Part shown: positions 1-8,096 of the stretch, piece after piece
Position numbering within the stretch: position 1 is the stretch's first letter
Layout: every line of letters begins with the position of its first letter
Assembly: GCA_033765235.1 (NCBI GenBank)
Contig: JANRIG010000019.1
Location: 143,313-207,312 of the forward strand
DNA length: 64,000 bases
Origin: Cytophagales bacterium
GTDB lineage: Bacteria; Bacteroidota; Bacteroidia; Cytophagales; UBA9547
Direction of reading: 5' to 3'
Made by a program: the position numbers and the translations under genes
The notes under the pieces: generated by a model
Seen by the model: only the letters and a program-made list of their open reading frames with translations
Databases searched by the model: none
What the model was told of the DNA's origin: nothing

Positions 1-66
1 GATAACTCAGCAGAAAGCATGAAATATTACGATAATATATACTCTAATTCAATCAAAATCGCATGA
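1..66 (+). CDS. 3' end of an ORF entering from upstream of the window (hypothetical, element-associated)
   Basis: Frame 1 is open from the window edge (..DNSAESMKYYDNIYSNSIKIA). Stop TGA at 64-66 overlaps the next ATG at 63 (ATGA). Confidence 0.3.
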   Translation, partial: DNSAESMKYYDNIYSNSIKIA

Positions 67-299
67 AAGATAAAACTGAAATTGTTATTAATGGGCTTAT
101 TGATTTGCTTCAATTTGAGGCAAATTATTTACTACTCTTAGACAGGCTCATACACTCATGCCAAAACGACTTTGAAATAGATCAAAAGGTCAAGGCAAAT
201 GAAATTATGCAAAGTATAAATCATCGTTTTAACACGCTATTACATATAACAGCTAAGCGATTAGGCAAAGAGCAGGCGCAAAAACTTATGAGAATATGA
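63..299 (+). CDS. hypothetical protein (helical), phage-like element
   Basis: ORF track. ATGA overlap with the next ORF at 296-299. No family recognised. Confidence 0.5.
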   Translation: MKDKTEIVINGLIDLLQFEANYLLLLDRLIHSCQNDFEIDQKVKANEIMQSINHRFNTLLHITAKRLGKEQAQKLMRI

Positions 300-631
300 G
301 AGATATAAGTATTTTAGAATGTTACTTATTAGCCCGGCAATGCATGGACAAGTATATTGAAATATTGAAAATCATGAGCAAAATGTCAATATATGAGAGG
401 CAAGAGTCGAGCATCATTATTCGCAATGCAGAGCGTAAACTTAAGAGGATTGAAAAAATATTTCAAGATTGTGAGAAGCACATAGCCAATGTGAATGAGC
501 TCAAATCTGAGATTATGCAAGATTTAATAAATATTCGCAAAATATTGAATGAAGATTTTTCTCACCGTGGCAGGCGATTGGAAACCACTGCGGACAAGGT
601 GAGTTTTGGAGGTAGGCTGTGTAGCAATTGA
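296..631 (+). CDS. hypothetical coiled-coil-like protein, phage-like element
   Basis: ORF track. Translationally coupled to the previous ORF and followed by a strong hairpin plus T-run. Confidence 0.5.
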   Translation: MRDISILECYLLARQCMDKYIEILKIMSKMSIYERQESSIIIRNAERKLKRIEKIFQDCEKHIANVNELKSEIMQDLINIRKILNEDFSHRGRRLETTADKVSFGGRLCSN

Positions 632-662
632 GTAACATCGTTATTGCTACACCTACTTTTTT
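612..662 (+). terminator. Rho-independent terminator-like hairpin
   Basis: GTAGG(ctg)TGTAGCAAT, a 14-nt loop, ATTGCTACACCTAC, then a T-run at 656-662. Confidence 0.6.
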
Positions 663-684
663 ATTTATAGTGTAAATTATTTAT

Positions 685-945
685 ATGAAAACGATAGATT
701 TAAACAAAATAAAGAAAACCAAGAGCGGAAATAAGGTATATAATCTGAACATAGGCTATTTGACGAACGAAAGCCAATTAAATCCTCCAAATCATATTTT
801 GGGAGAAATTCCATGCAATGACTTAGGTGGCACCATTAAGACGCATTGGGATTTTGCCGGCAAAAATTACGCAAGCCCTGAATATGACTTGGTAATTGTA
901 CATAATGAAGAAAAACAAAAAGGAATGCAGTTAGAGCTTTTCTGA
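685..945 (+). CDS. hypothetical protein, phage-like element
   Basis: ORF track. No recognisable motif. Confidence 0.45.
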   Translation: MKTIDLNKIKKTKSGNKVYNLNIGYLTNESQLNPPNHILGEIPCNDLGGTIKTHWDFAGKNYASPEYDLVIVHNEEKQKGMQLELF

Positions 946-953
946 AAAAAACG

Positions 954-984
954 GTTGTCCCTTTGAAGTATAACAAGGGACAAC
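954..984. promoter_or_regulatory. Perfect 10-bp-stem hairpin abutting the rep gene; candidate replication-origin (nick) hairpin or minus-sense terminator
   Basis: GTTGTCCCTT (954-963), loop TGAAGTATAAC, AAGGGACAAC (975-984). An A7 run lies upstream and no T-run lies downstream on the + strand. Confidence 0.4.
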
Positions 985-1020
985 TTGACAAAGTCGCCTA
1001 AAAAACCTGATTTGAGCAAA

Positions 1021-2151
1021 ATGAGTGATAACTTCGATAAATATAACAATTCTAATATAACCATAGCAGTGGACTGGTTTGAGTTTTTTGGAAATACAAA
1101 ATGTTCTGTGCTATTAAATAATTACAAACCCGATGAAAAAAAGGAATTTCAAACTATTGACTATGGCTATAATCTTGTCGTGCTTAATATGGGCCATGGC
1201 ACCCCTATGTATAATGTACTGTATGAAATATATGTAGGAGGTGAGTTGTTTGCTTCTTTGCAAACACACCCCCGATTTGTAAAGGGAGACTTTAAAGATA
1301 ACAGCATAAGTTTTAAAATTGCCAACAACCAATTATATTCTGATAAATGGGTAGATAATATGGCAGAAATTATGGATTTGCTAAAATTGAAAATTAATAA
1401 CATTACAAGGCTTGATATATGCATAGACGGCTGTAATGGTGTGTTGAAATTTCTAAACAGCTTTGTTAAGCAAACACCAGAGAGTAAATCATATATCAAA
1501 ATGGGCAAAGCTACAATGAGTAGTTGCATGTTTGATAGCAATACTTTAAGCTATAGTTCATTTACGTTTGGCAAGAGAACAAGCGATAAGTATTTGATAG
1601 TCTATAATAAGACCAAAGAACTTGAACGGTCCAATAAAAAATATATTGAAAAATTTTGGCTGAAAAATGGCTTGATGGCAGAAATTGTATACCGTGTTGA
1701 GATACGATTAACCTCTAAAGTTTTGGCACAAATACAATTAACGGACATTAGCATGCTGCTCGACACGACTTATTTGGCGTCTTTATTTAGAACTGCGAGC
1801 GATAATTTTTTTCATTTCAAAAAAAATACAGGAGATACAAATAAAAGCCGTGAACAGGATGTGAATTTAATACCTTATGAATTGTTGTGCGGTGAACTAT
1901 TGGCAAAGTCGCAAAGACCTAAAACCACCCACAGATATAAGGCTAAGCTCACTATTCGTAAATGTCATTTTGACCTCAACGTAAAAGAAAATAGTATTGA
2001 TTCTGAAATAATGCTTGAGCGTGTGATACAGCGAAATATAGATGAATTTGATTTGCAAAAATGGTACCTTGCAAGTGTGCCTACTTGGCTTAAAGAGTAC
2101 AAAGTTCATAAATCTACAGGACATGTATATTCAACCGTAAACTATGAATAA
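1021..2151 (+). CDS. Rolling-circle replication initiator, Rep_trans-like (PF02486-type)
   Basis: The track ORF starts at TTG 985; I prefer the in-frame ATG at 1021. Blocks ITRLDICIDG, LIVYNKTKE and YRVEIRL resemble the RxDxxxD / YxK / RxExR blocks of the Rep_trans family as I recall them. Confidence 0.65.
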   Translation: MSDNFDKYNNSNITIAVDWFEFFGNTKCSVLLNNYKPDEKKEFQTIDYGYNLVVLNMGHGTPMYNVLYEIYVGGELFASLQTHPRFVKGDFKDNSISFKIANNQLYSDKWVDNMAEIMDLLKLKINNITRLDICIDGCNGVLKFLNSFVKQTPESKSYIKMGKATMSSCMFDSNTLSYSSFTFGKRTSDKYLIVYNKTKELERSNKKYIEKFWLKNGLMAEIVYRVEIRLTSKVLAQIQLTDISMLLDTTYLASLFRTASDNFFHFKKNTGDTNKSREQDVNLIPYELLCGELLAKSQRPKTTHRYKAKLTIRKCHFDLNVKENSIDSEIMLERVIQRNIDEFDLQKWYLASVPTWLKEYKVHKSTGHVYSTVNYE

Positions 2152-2356
2152 GCATTACCAACCCTGCGAAATTATACAGAAATTTCCTGCGTGTCCATTC
2201 ACGGAGGCGCAAATAGGAGTACTATTCTCTGCAGGTTTACTGAGAGGCGTGCGAAAACACAGGTACACGTTGATTGAGTTCGACTCAGTAATAGCCCTTG
2301 TAAAATTCAGAAATGAGAATATTGAGCGCAGTAAAACTAAAATAGATGTCTCTTAA
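2144..2356 (+). CDS. small protein, possibly excisionase/HTH_17-like DNA binding
   Basis: 70 aa, overlapping the rep stop by 8 nt. The FTEAQIGVLFSAGLLRGVRKHRYTLIEFDSV pattern loosely resembles MerR/excisionase-type HTH proteins. Confidence 0.3.
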   Translation: MNKHYQPCEIIQKFPACPFTEAQIGVLFSAGLLRGVRKHRYTLIEFDSVIALVKFRNENIERSKTKIDVS

Positions 2357-2663
2357 AATATTTCATATAAAACATTTACAGGATTATTTCAAAGCATTGC
2401 CTGAAATAAAATATGTGTGGCTATTTGGCTCGTATGCCAAGGGGCTTAATGATAAATATAGTGATATAGATTTACTTGTAGAATATGACATGTCTATAAA
2501 GCTAAGTATAAAAGAGCATAAGGACAGCATAGAAAAAATAACAAAAATAAAAACACAGATAGTACCACTAAACGGGTTAGATGTCTCATTCCTTAATAAA
2601 ATAACACCGCACGCCATATTAATATATACACACTCCCCTACACTACCCTTGCGCATGCTGTAA
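2346..2663 (+). CDS. Minimal nucleotidyltransferase (MNT/MntA-like, pol-beta fold)
   Basis: LFGSYAKGLNDKYSDIDLLV matches the GSxxxG...SDxDL signature. 105 aa. No adjacent HEPN-like partner. Confidence 0.7.
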   Translation: MSLKIFHIKHLQDYFKALPEIKYVWLFGSYAKGLNDKYSDIDLLVEYDMSIKLSIKEHKDSIEKITKIKTQIVPLNGLDVSFLNKITPHAILIYTHSPTLPLRML

Positions 2664-2692
2664 ATGTTTGTGATTTTTGCAGAGTTATTATC

Positions 2693-3574
2693 ATGGCATC
2701 ATGTGAGAGCACCGAAATAGTAAGCGCAAGTACTACGATTGATAAAACGATTGAGTACATTAAACGCTTCACTATAGCAGGCAGTCTAAATAGTGAGATT
2801 AAGGCAATAGCTTCAGAGTGCAGATATAGTAGCGACGTTCTTAAATGTGTGTTTGATGCTGTTTATACCCGTGTAGTATATTCACCTGACCCGCCTAATC
2901 GACAAGTCATCAAGGCCGTTCATTGCACTTTGTCCAACGGTATTGGTAACTGCACAGACTATAGCATATTAATAGGAGCGATACTAATAAACTTGCGCAT
3001 ACCATTTGCCTATAAAGTTGTAAGTTACAGCGAACCGGGGCAATATGAGCACATATACATTGTATCGCGACTTAATAACAAAGATATATATCTTGATTGT
3101 GTACTTGGGCAGCGACAAGATGGGAGCGATACTATTGCGAATAGACCTGAAGCAGGGTTATATAATAAAGAGGTAAAATATAAATACTATAAAATTTATC
3201 CAATGACTCAGCTTGAGATATTGCAAGGTGTGAGAGAATTGCAGACAGGAAATAAAAGGCCATTAAATAGAGTCGCTTATTTCAGGCGTGACAGAGATGT
3301 CATGAGTAGCTCTTTAGGGTTCTGTTTCTTAGGCATTGCCGGCGATTGCCGAGCACCTGAAGAGAGAATAGCAGATGAGATAAATAATAATAGTATAGAA
3401 GATACTTTAATAAACCCTCTTAAATTACTCGTTGCTGAGGCAAAGGGAAAAGGATTGGTAGAGGGGGGAGATTATATTAAAATTGGAGAAAATATTATAG
3501 GCAAAGACGTAATAGGATTGCTTAAAATTGCTGGTATAGGAGTCGGCGCATATATATTATGGAAAATGATATGA
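2693..3574 (+). CDS. Transglutaminase-like (Cys-His-Asp papain-fold) protein with C-terminal membrane anchor
   Basis: GNCTDYSILIGAILINLRIPF ... EHIYIV ... YLDCV fits the transglutaminase-core C/H/D spacing. The C-terminal hydrophobic segment is VIGLLKIAGIGVGAYILWKMI. Confidence 0.55.
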   Translation: MASCESTEIVSASTTIDKTIEYIKRFTIAGSLNSEIKAIASECRYSSDVLKCVFDAVYTRVVYSPDPPNRQVIKAVHCTLSNGIGNCTDYSILIGAILINLRIPFAYKVVSYSEPGQYEHIYIVSRLNNKDIYLDCVLGQRQDGSDTIANRPEAGLYNKEVKYKYYKIYPMTQLEILQGVRELQTGNKRPLNRVAYFRRDRDVMSSSLGFCFLGIAGDCRAPEERIADEINNNSIEDTLINPLKLLVAEAKGKGLVEGGDYIKIGENIIGKDVIGLLKIAGIGVGAYILWKMI

Positions 3575-3762
3575 AATTAGGAATTGCACCGGTCGTAATA
3601 CCTCTTATATATGCAGGCGGATTAGTTGCTTCGTCATTGATAGGTGCAATAGGAGGCGGAGGTGATGAACCTCCTCCCCCTCAACAAAAAGACTACACAC
3701 CGTACATTATAGGCGGTGCATTCATATTGGGTATTGTTTTAATAAAAACATTAAAAAAATGA
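3559..3762 (+). CDS. small membrane protein (2 TM-like segments)
   Basis: 67 aa with two hydrophobic stretches around a GGGGDEPPPPQQ linker. Overlaps both neighbours. Confidence 0.5.
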   Translation: MENDMKLGIAPVVIPLIYAGGLVASSLIGAIGGGGDEPPPPQQKDYTPYIIGGAFILGIVLIKTLKK

Positions 3763-4160
3763 TAAATAGATTCCAAAAATCGAGATTAGGGAATAGTGTA
3801 ACTCGCGAAACTATTACGCCTGGCGTGGTAATAACTTCTAATAGCAATAAAAATGCCCGATTATCTTCGCAAAGTAATTCACAAGGGTATAATGTAGAGG
3901 TATTCGACAAGGGGTGGGGAACAAACGGTAATGCAGTGGAAATTTTTTGGGGCGATGACGACAAATTATATGCCAAAAATAGAGATAACGGATATTATTA
4001 CTTCGATCAGGGCAAATGGATAGAAATATCCCCTGCAGCTTATTTGTCACGCAAACCCACAATAAAGAATAACCTAATACCAATAGCCCTAGGAGCTGTG
4101 GCGTTGATTTTGGGATATAAATTTGTAGTAAAACCAATGCTTAGCAAAAATAAAAAGTAG
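3759..4160 (+). CDS. hypothetical protein with C-terminal TM anchor
   Basis: 133 aa. ATGA overlap with the previous ORF. C-terminal segment LIPIALGAVALILGYKFVV. Confidence 0.5.
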   Translation: MINRFQKSRLGNSVTRETITPGVVITSNSNKNARLSSQSNSQGYNVEVFDKGWGTNGNAVEIFWGDDDKLYAKNRDNGYYYFDQGKWIEISPAAYLSRKPTIKNNLIPIALGAVALILGYKFVVKPMLSKNKK

Positions 4161-4367
4161 ATGATACGCTTAGGCTGTAACTGTAATAATCATTTGCAAG
4201 GTGTTGAGGATACTTTGAGTAACTTGATAAACCCTGTGGATGAGGTATTTGTAAAGCAGGAAGACGGCAGTAGAGCTTTAGTAGTTAAAGGCTCATTCGA
4301 CATGCAAAGTATTCTGATGCTTGGAGTAGTCATATTAGGTGTCGGTATAGTGATTAAAAAAGTATAA
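4161..4367 (+). CDS. small protein with C-terminal TM anchor
   Basis: 68 aa, abutting the previous stop. C-terminal segment ILMLGVVILGVGIVIKKV. Confidence 0.45.
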   Translation: MIRLGCNCNNHLQGVEDTLSNLINPVDEVFVKQEDGSRALVVKGSFDMQSILMLGVVILGVGIVIKKV

Positions 4368-4385
4368 AAATAAAATTTAAAAACC

Positions 4386-4775
4386 ATGGCAAAAAAGAAA
4401 GCAAAATTAAAATCAAAATTCAACTATAGTGGTGCTATAGATATGTTTATGGCGGGTGCTGGTGGCTATCTTGGTACGCAAGTAACCACTGTCATAGAGA
4501 AAAACGGAGCACTTAAAGATAACCAATCATTTGCGCCGGCAGTCACGGCGGCCATAGGGTTTGCGCTAAGTATGTTCATGCCTCAGATTGGCAAGGTTGC
4601 GGAAGGGATGACGACCGTGGCTATTACTGAGCTGCTCAGCAACATTGTAAGTACTGGTACGGCCGCGGCAGCAACGTCTACAAAACAAACTCAAGGAGCG
4701 TACATGGGTTATGTGCCTCGTTTAGTGCCTCAAGGCGAAAATGTAAAAACAATTAATAATACTGTAATTAAATAA
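4386..4775 (+). CDS. membrane protein (Lys-rich N-terminus, 2-3 hydrophobic segments)
   Basis: 129 aa, starting MAKKKAKLKSK, followed by Gly/Ala-rich hydrophobic stretches. Confidence 0.5.
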   Translation: MAKKKAKLKSKFNYSGAIDMFMAGAGGYLGTQVTTVIEKNGALKDNQSFAPAVTAAIGFALSMFMPQIGKVAEGMTTVAITELLSNIVSTGTAAAATSTKQTQGAYMGYVPRLVPQGENVKTINNTVIK

Positions 4776-4791
4776 TTAAACTCAAAAAAAA

Positions 4792-5334
4792 ATGATAAAC
4801 AATAGCAATCTATTTGAGACGTTAATACTCAATCTCACCCAACCGGATGCCATACTCAATGCTTTGGCTGCGTATATCAAAAAGCAAAATCTTACTTACG
4901 ACAATGCTAAAGTTTTTGCAAAATATGTAGAAGGAAGTAACCGTGTCGTGGTATCTCTGACAAACCAAACTTGGTTTCAAGACGTCACATTCCCTCAAAG
5001 TGAGCACTTTATCGTATTGGCACTGCGTGTGTTGTCTGGGGCGAATGCTACGTTAGCAGCCTCGGCATGGTTGCCTGGGGTTGCGGATGCGCTCACCATA
5101 AATGGTAGTATATCTCTGACAAATAACGGTGTAGTATTTTTGAAAAATTTACCCCTAACCGTATTCCCATTGAGCACCAATAATGCTGATATAGAGGCTG
5201 GTTTCTTTATATTGGAAAAACCCATATTATGGCAGGCACAAACAAGTCTGAGTATTTTGGCTACATGGGCTACTGCTCCGAGTACAGCAAACCAAAACTT
5301 GAGATTTGAGCTTTGGGGATATAAACTTATATAG
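4792..5334 (+). CDS. hypothetical beta-rich protein (candidate capsid component)
   Basis: 180 aa. Composition is beta-strand-like (alternating hydrophobic residues, T/S/N-rich) with no TM segment. First of three consecutive such ORFs. Confidence 0.5.
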   Translation: MINNSNLFETLILNLTQPDAILNALAAYIKKQNLTYDNAKVFAKYVEGSNRVVVSLTNQTWFQDVTFPQSEHFIVLALRVLSGANATLAASAWLPGVADALTINGSISLTNNGVVFLKNLPLTVFPLSTNNADIEAGFFILEKPILWQAQTSLSILATWATAPSTANQNLRFELWGYKLI

Positions 5335-5361
5335 TCTATTCCACATAAATAATTAAAAAAA

Positions 5362-5718
5362 ATGGAAATAATAGACAACGGACAGCTGTTAATTCAGAGC
5401 ATTAACACCACAGCTACAGCAAGCGTGACCACTACTGGGCAAAGCACTATAATCACTAATAGAGGTAATGTAAAGAAAGTGACCATAGAGCCCGGTACAG
5501 ATACCGTAGCAGATTTGGCAGTATGTACAATAACGATACTGATAAATTCAGTAGAGGTAATACAAACAGTGCCACTGTCACTATTTAGCCGTACTACTCA
5601 GGCAATCCAAAAAATGTTCAAAGTCAACTGGGCAGAGGGTAGTACAATCGGTTTCAGAATTGTGAATGGCTCAGGCAATAACATACCTGTGGCAATAATA
5701 CTTTACTTTGATAACTAA
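5362..5718 (+). CDS. hypothetical beta-rich protein (candidate capsid/vertex component)
   Basis: 118 aa, T/V/I-rich, no TM segment. Confidence 0.5.
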   Translation: MEIIDNGQLLIQSINTTATASVTTTGQSTIITNRGNVKKVTIEPGTDTVADLAVCTITILINSVEVIQTVPLSLFSRTTQAIQKMFKVNWAEGSTIGFRIVNGSGNNIPVAIILYFDN

Positions 5719-5981
5719 TGAAAGGGCTTAAGTCGCAACCTATTGTAATTACTGAAGATGGAATATTTGACGTACAAAAATACGGTGAGATTATAAGCGT
5801 GTCTTTCAAAAATCAAGGGACGAGTAATGTAACGCTCTGGGAGGTATATAATGTGCCTGCAGGCAGCCCGTTACTTGTGTTAGAAGGTGAGATAGGGTTT
5901 ATTCGCAAAGACGTAGTACCTGTAACATTTGCTACAGGCGGAGTGAATAATTTAGTAGTGTTTATAACAACAGAGGCGTAA
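5718..5981 (+). CDS. hypothetical beta-rich protein
   Basis: 87 aa. The start shares nucleotide 5718 with the previous stop (TAATG). Confidence 0.5.
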   Translation: MKGLKSQPIVITEDGIFDVQKYGEIISVSFKNQGTSNVTLWEVYNVPAGSPLLVLEGEIGFIRKDVVPVTFATGGVNNLVVFITTEA

Positions 5982-6701
5982 ATGTATTTAAGTAAAGAAA
6001 AAATATTGCAATTATGTACTGAAAGCAAATTTAACTGGTGCAGGGCTTACCTTATATCGGACAAGAATGATTGCGTATTTTTTTACTCTATCGACAAACA
6101 CAAAAATGAAACACTCATTGACCGGCTAAATAGCTTCTTTGAATATTGCAATGAGGCAGTAAGTATGAAATTTAAAGTAAACCCTACAGACCATGACACA
6201 CAAGCAGTAGTGTATGAGTATAAGCCAGCCTTTGCAGCAAGTCACGCGCATGAGGCGGTGGCATTGCATGGTGTAGTAGATGAAGCAAAATTGCGCAAAA
6301 GCATTATGGTTGAGGTAAAAGCAGAATTTGAGCGCAAAGAAGAAAGAGAAAAATTAGAAAGTGCATGGGATGAAATAAAAGAAGAGAGAGAAAGGCTTAA
6401 AAATTGGGCAAACAAATTATCAATAGTGGCCGAGAGCGTGCTTATGAATTTGGTAGCCAAAAGCCCAATGTTGCAAGGGCTTTTGGCTGGCAATATGGCT
6501 CCCGCTCCTGTGCTGCAGGGGGTTCCTCAAACAGAAAACGAGGAACAAAATAGCATGACTAATGAAGAAGTGCAGCGCATTAATAATGCAGTAAACAAAA
6601 TATTAATGCATTTTACAGTCCCGGAATTTGAAGCAGCAGCCGAGTTCCTTACCAAAAATGTAGATATGTCCAAAAATTTCATAAAACCATTAATAAAATA
6701 A
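5982..6701 (+). CDS. hypothetical protein with central charged coiled-coil (scaffold/assembly-like)
   Basis: 239 aa, abutting the previous stop. Contains the charged segment EAKLRKSIMVEVKAEFERKEEREKLESAWDEIKEERERLKNW. Confidence 0.5.
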   Translation: MYLSKEKILQLCTESKFNWCRAYLISDKNDCVFFYSIDKHKNETLIDRLNSFFEYCNEAVSMKFKVNPTDHDTQAVVYEYKPAFAASHAHEAVALHGVVDEAKLRKSIMVEVKAEFERKEEREKLESAWDEIKEERERLKNWANKLSIVAESVLMNLVAKSPMLQGLLAGNMAPAPVLQGVPQTENEEQNSMTNEEVQRINNAVNKILMHFTVPEFEAAAEFLTKNVDMSKNFIKPLIK

Positions 6702-6704
6702 AAA

Positions 6705-6920
6705 ATGGCTACCAAAAAAAGTAAAACAAAAAAAAGAGCAACAAGTGGTAATTCTTTGAAAAAATTTGTCACTTCTGTTTATAAAAATGCAAAAGTAAGA
6801 AAAATAAAGTCTCAAATGGCAAAAATTGAACGCGCCTACAAAGCAGCGGTGAATGCTGCAAAACGTAGCTATAAAATATCAGCGAAAAAAAAGACGGTTA
6901 AAAAACGCAGAGCAGCATGA
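6705..6920 (+). CDS. highly basic Lys/Arg-rich small protein (nucleic-acid-binding candidate)
   Basis: 71 aa: MATKKSKTKKRATSG...KKKTVKKRRAA. Roughly one third of residues are K or R. Confidence 0.5.
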   Translation: MATKKSKTKKRATSGNSLKKFVTSVYKNAKVRKIKSQMAKIERAYKAAVNAAKRSYKISAKKKTVKKRRAA

Positions 6921-6921
6921 T

Positions 6922-7365
6922 ATGGGTTTGTTTTGGACGGTATCACCTACTATAAGCGATGCAGATATAGTAGCTGGGTTTGAGAAAGATATTGATAATT
7001 GGCTCTGTAGCCAATGGCGCACATATTATGAGCGTATAAAAATAAAATACGGACAAGCTAAAGCCTTAGACGTAATAAGAATTGATAGTGAGAGAATAGG
7101 GTGGTTTGCAAAATTGCATAATTGTAAATATGACTGCAATTTTATTGACTACTTCAAAAAAGAAGGGTTGGAGGGAGGAAATTTGATAAGTAAAGTCTAT
7201 TGTGCGGGCACTGATGTAGCAGGTGCTATAGGCGATACAGCAAGTGCTGTGGGCAATGTGGGCGACGTGCTAAGTGCATTAACGGATAAAAAAATACTCC
7301 TAAGTGGAGTACTAATAGCAGGTATAACATTTATATATATTAATTATGGCAAACAAAAAAGATAA
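6922..7365 (+). CDS. hypothetical protein with C-terminal TM anchor
   Basis: The track ORF starts at 6853 inside the previous gene; I prefer ATG 6922, just after that gene's stop. C-terminal segment LLSGVLIAGITFIYINY. Confidence 0.45.
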   Translation: MGLFWTVSPTISDADIVAGFEKDIDNWLCSQWRTYYERIKIKYGQAKALDVIRIDSERIGWFAKLHNCKYDCNFIDYFKKEGLEGGNLISKVYCAGTDVAGAIGDTASAVGNVGDVLSALTDKKILLSGVLIAGITFIYINYGKQKR

Positions 7366-7624
7366 CTCAGGCGGTGGAATTGATACCACTACAATACTCA
7401 TACTCGGAGCAGTAGGAGTTGGTGCATATTTCCTCATCACACAAATGGGCAAAAATAATACAGGAGCTGCAGCACCACGCGATCCCATTAGTCAAATATT
7501 GGACAGCAGCGCAGGCATAATTAATTCTATAACTAGTGGGCTGCAGCTGTTTATAAAGCCAAAGAACAGCGGAAATACAGGTGCTGCAGATTATACACCC
7601 GGCTATGGTGTGCCGATAACATAA
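7346..7624 (+). CDS. small membrane protein (1 TM)
   Basis: 92 aa with TM-like segment TTTILILGAVGVGAYFLITQ. Confidence 0.45.
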   Translation: MANKKDNSGGGIDTTTILILGAVGVGAYFLITQMGKNNTGAAAPRDPISQILDSSAGIINSITSGLQLFIKPKNSGNTGAADYTPGYGVPIT

Positions 7625-7635
7625 ATATATTAGAA

Positions 7636-7929
7636 ATGGTTGTAGAAATAATAACAATTTTAGGACTTGGATTATTGGCAAATGCCAAAAACAAAAAAGA
7701 TAGTAGCACTACCACTACTACTACTGTACAGCCGGATATTGCCAAAATAAATACATACGAAAAAAATTGGGAAAATGTATATATGAACTATGCTATGGCT
7801 AACTACCCCGCAAGTGGTATGAGTGCCTTGCACAATCGTAAAGCAGAATTGAGTAAAATAACACAAACAGTAGATACTGTGAGTGAATTACAAGCATTAA
7901 ATGAACTAATAGATAGATACGAATCATGA
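7636..7929 (+). CDS. small protein with N-terminal TM segment
   Basis: 97 aa, starting MVVEIITILGLGLLANA, followed by a poly-Thr tract. Confidence 0.45.
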   Translation: MVVEIITILGLGLLANAKNKKDSSTTTTTTVQPDIAKINTYEKNWENVYMNYAMANYPASGMSALHNRKAELSKITQTVDTVSELQALNELIDRYES

Positions 7930-8096
7930 AAAAAATATTAAGGAATTGGAAAACAAGCCTTAGCGGCTTAGCAAGTGTAATCTTAGGTATAATTAGTATT
8001 GCAGGCGGCGATGTAGGCACTGGCATAGCTACCATAGTGAGCGGTGTAGGTTTAGTGGCTGCTAAAGACTCAGACGTAACAGGTACAGCGCAATAA
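7926..8096 (+). CDS. holin-like small membrane protein (below ORF-track size cut-off)
   Basis: My own translation gives 56 aa: MKKILRNWKTSLSGLASVILGIISIAGGDVGTGIATIVSGVGLVAAKDSDVTGTAQ. ATGA overlap upstream and TAATG overlap with the lysin gene downstream. Confidence 0.45.
   Translation: MKKILRNWKTSLSGLASVILGIISIAGGDVGTGIATIVSGVGLVAAKDSDVTGTAQ

Noticed and set aside
6853-6921. Track start of the 170-aa ORF inside the basic-protein gene
   Set aside because: It is an out-of-frame overlap of 68 nt whose Lys/Arg-rich sequence simply mirrors the other frame. ATG 6922, directly after the upstream stop, fits the coupling pattern of the element.
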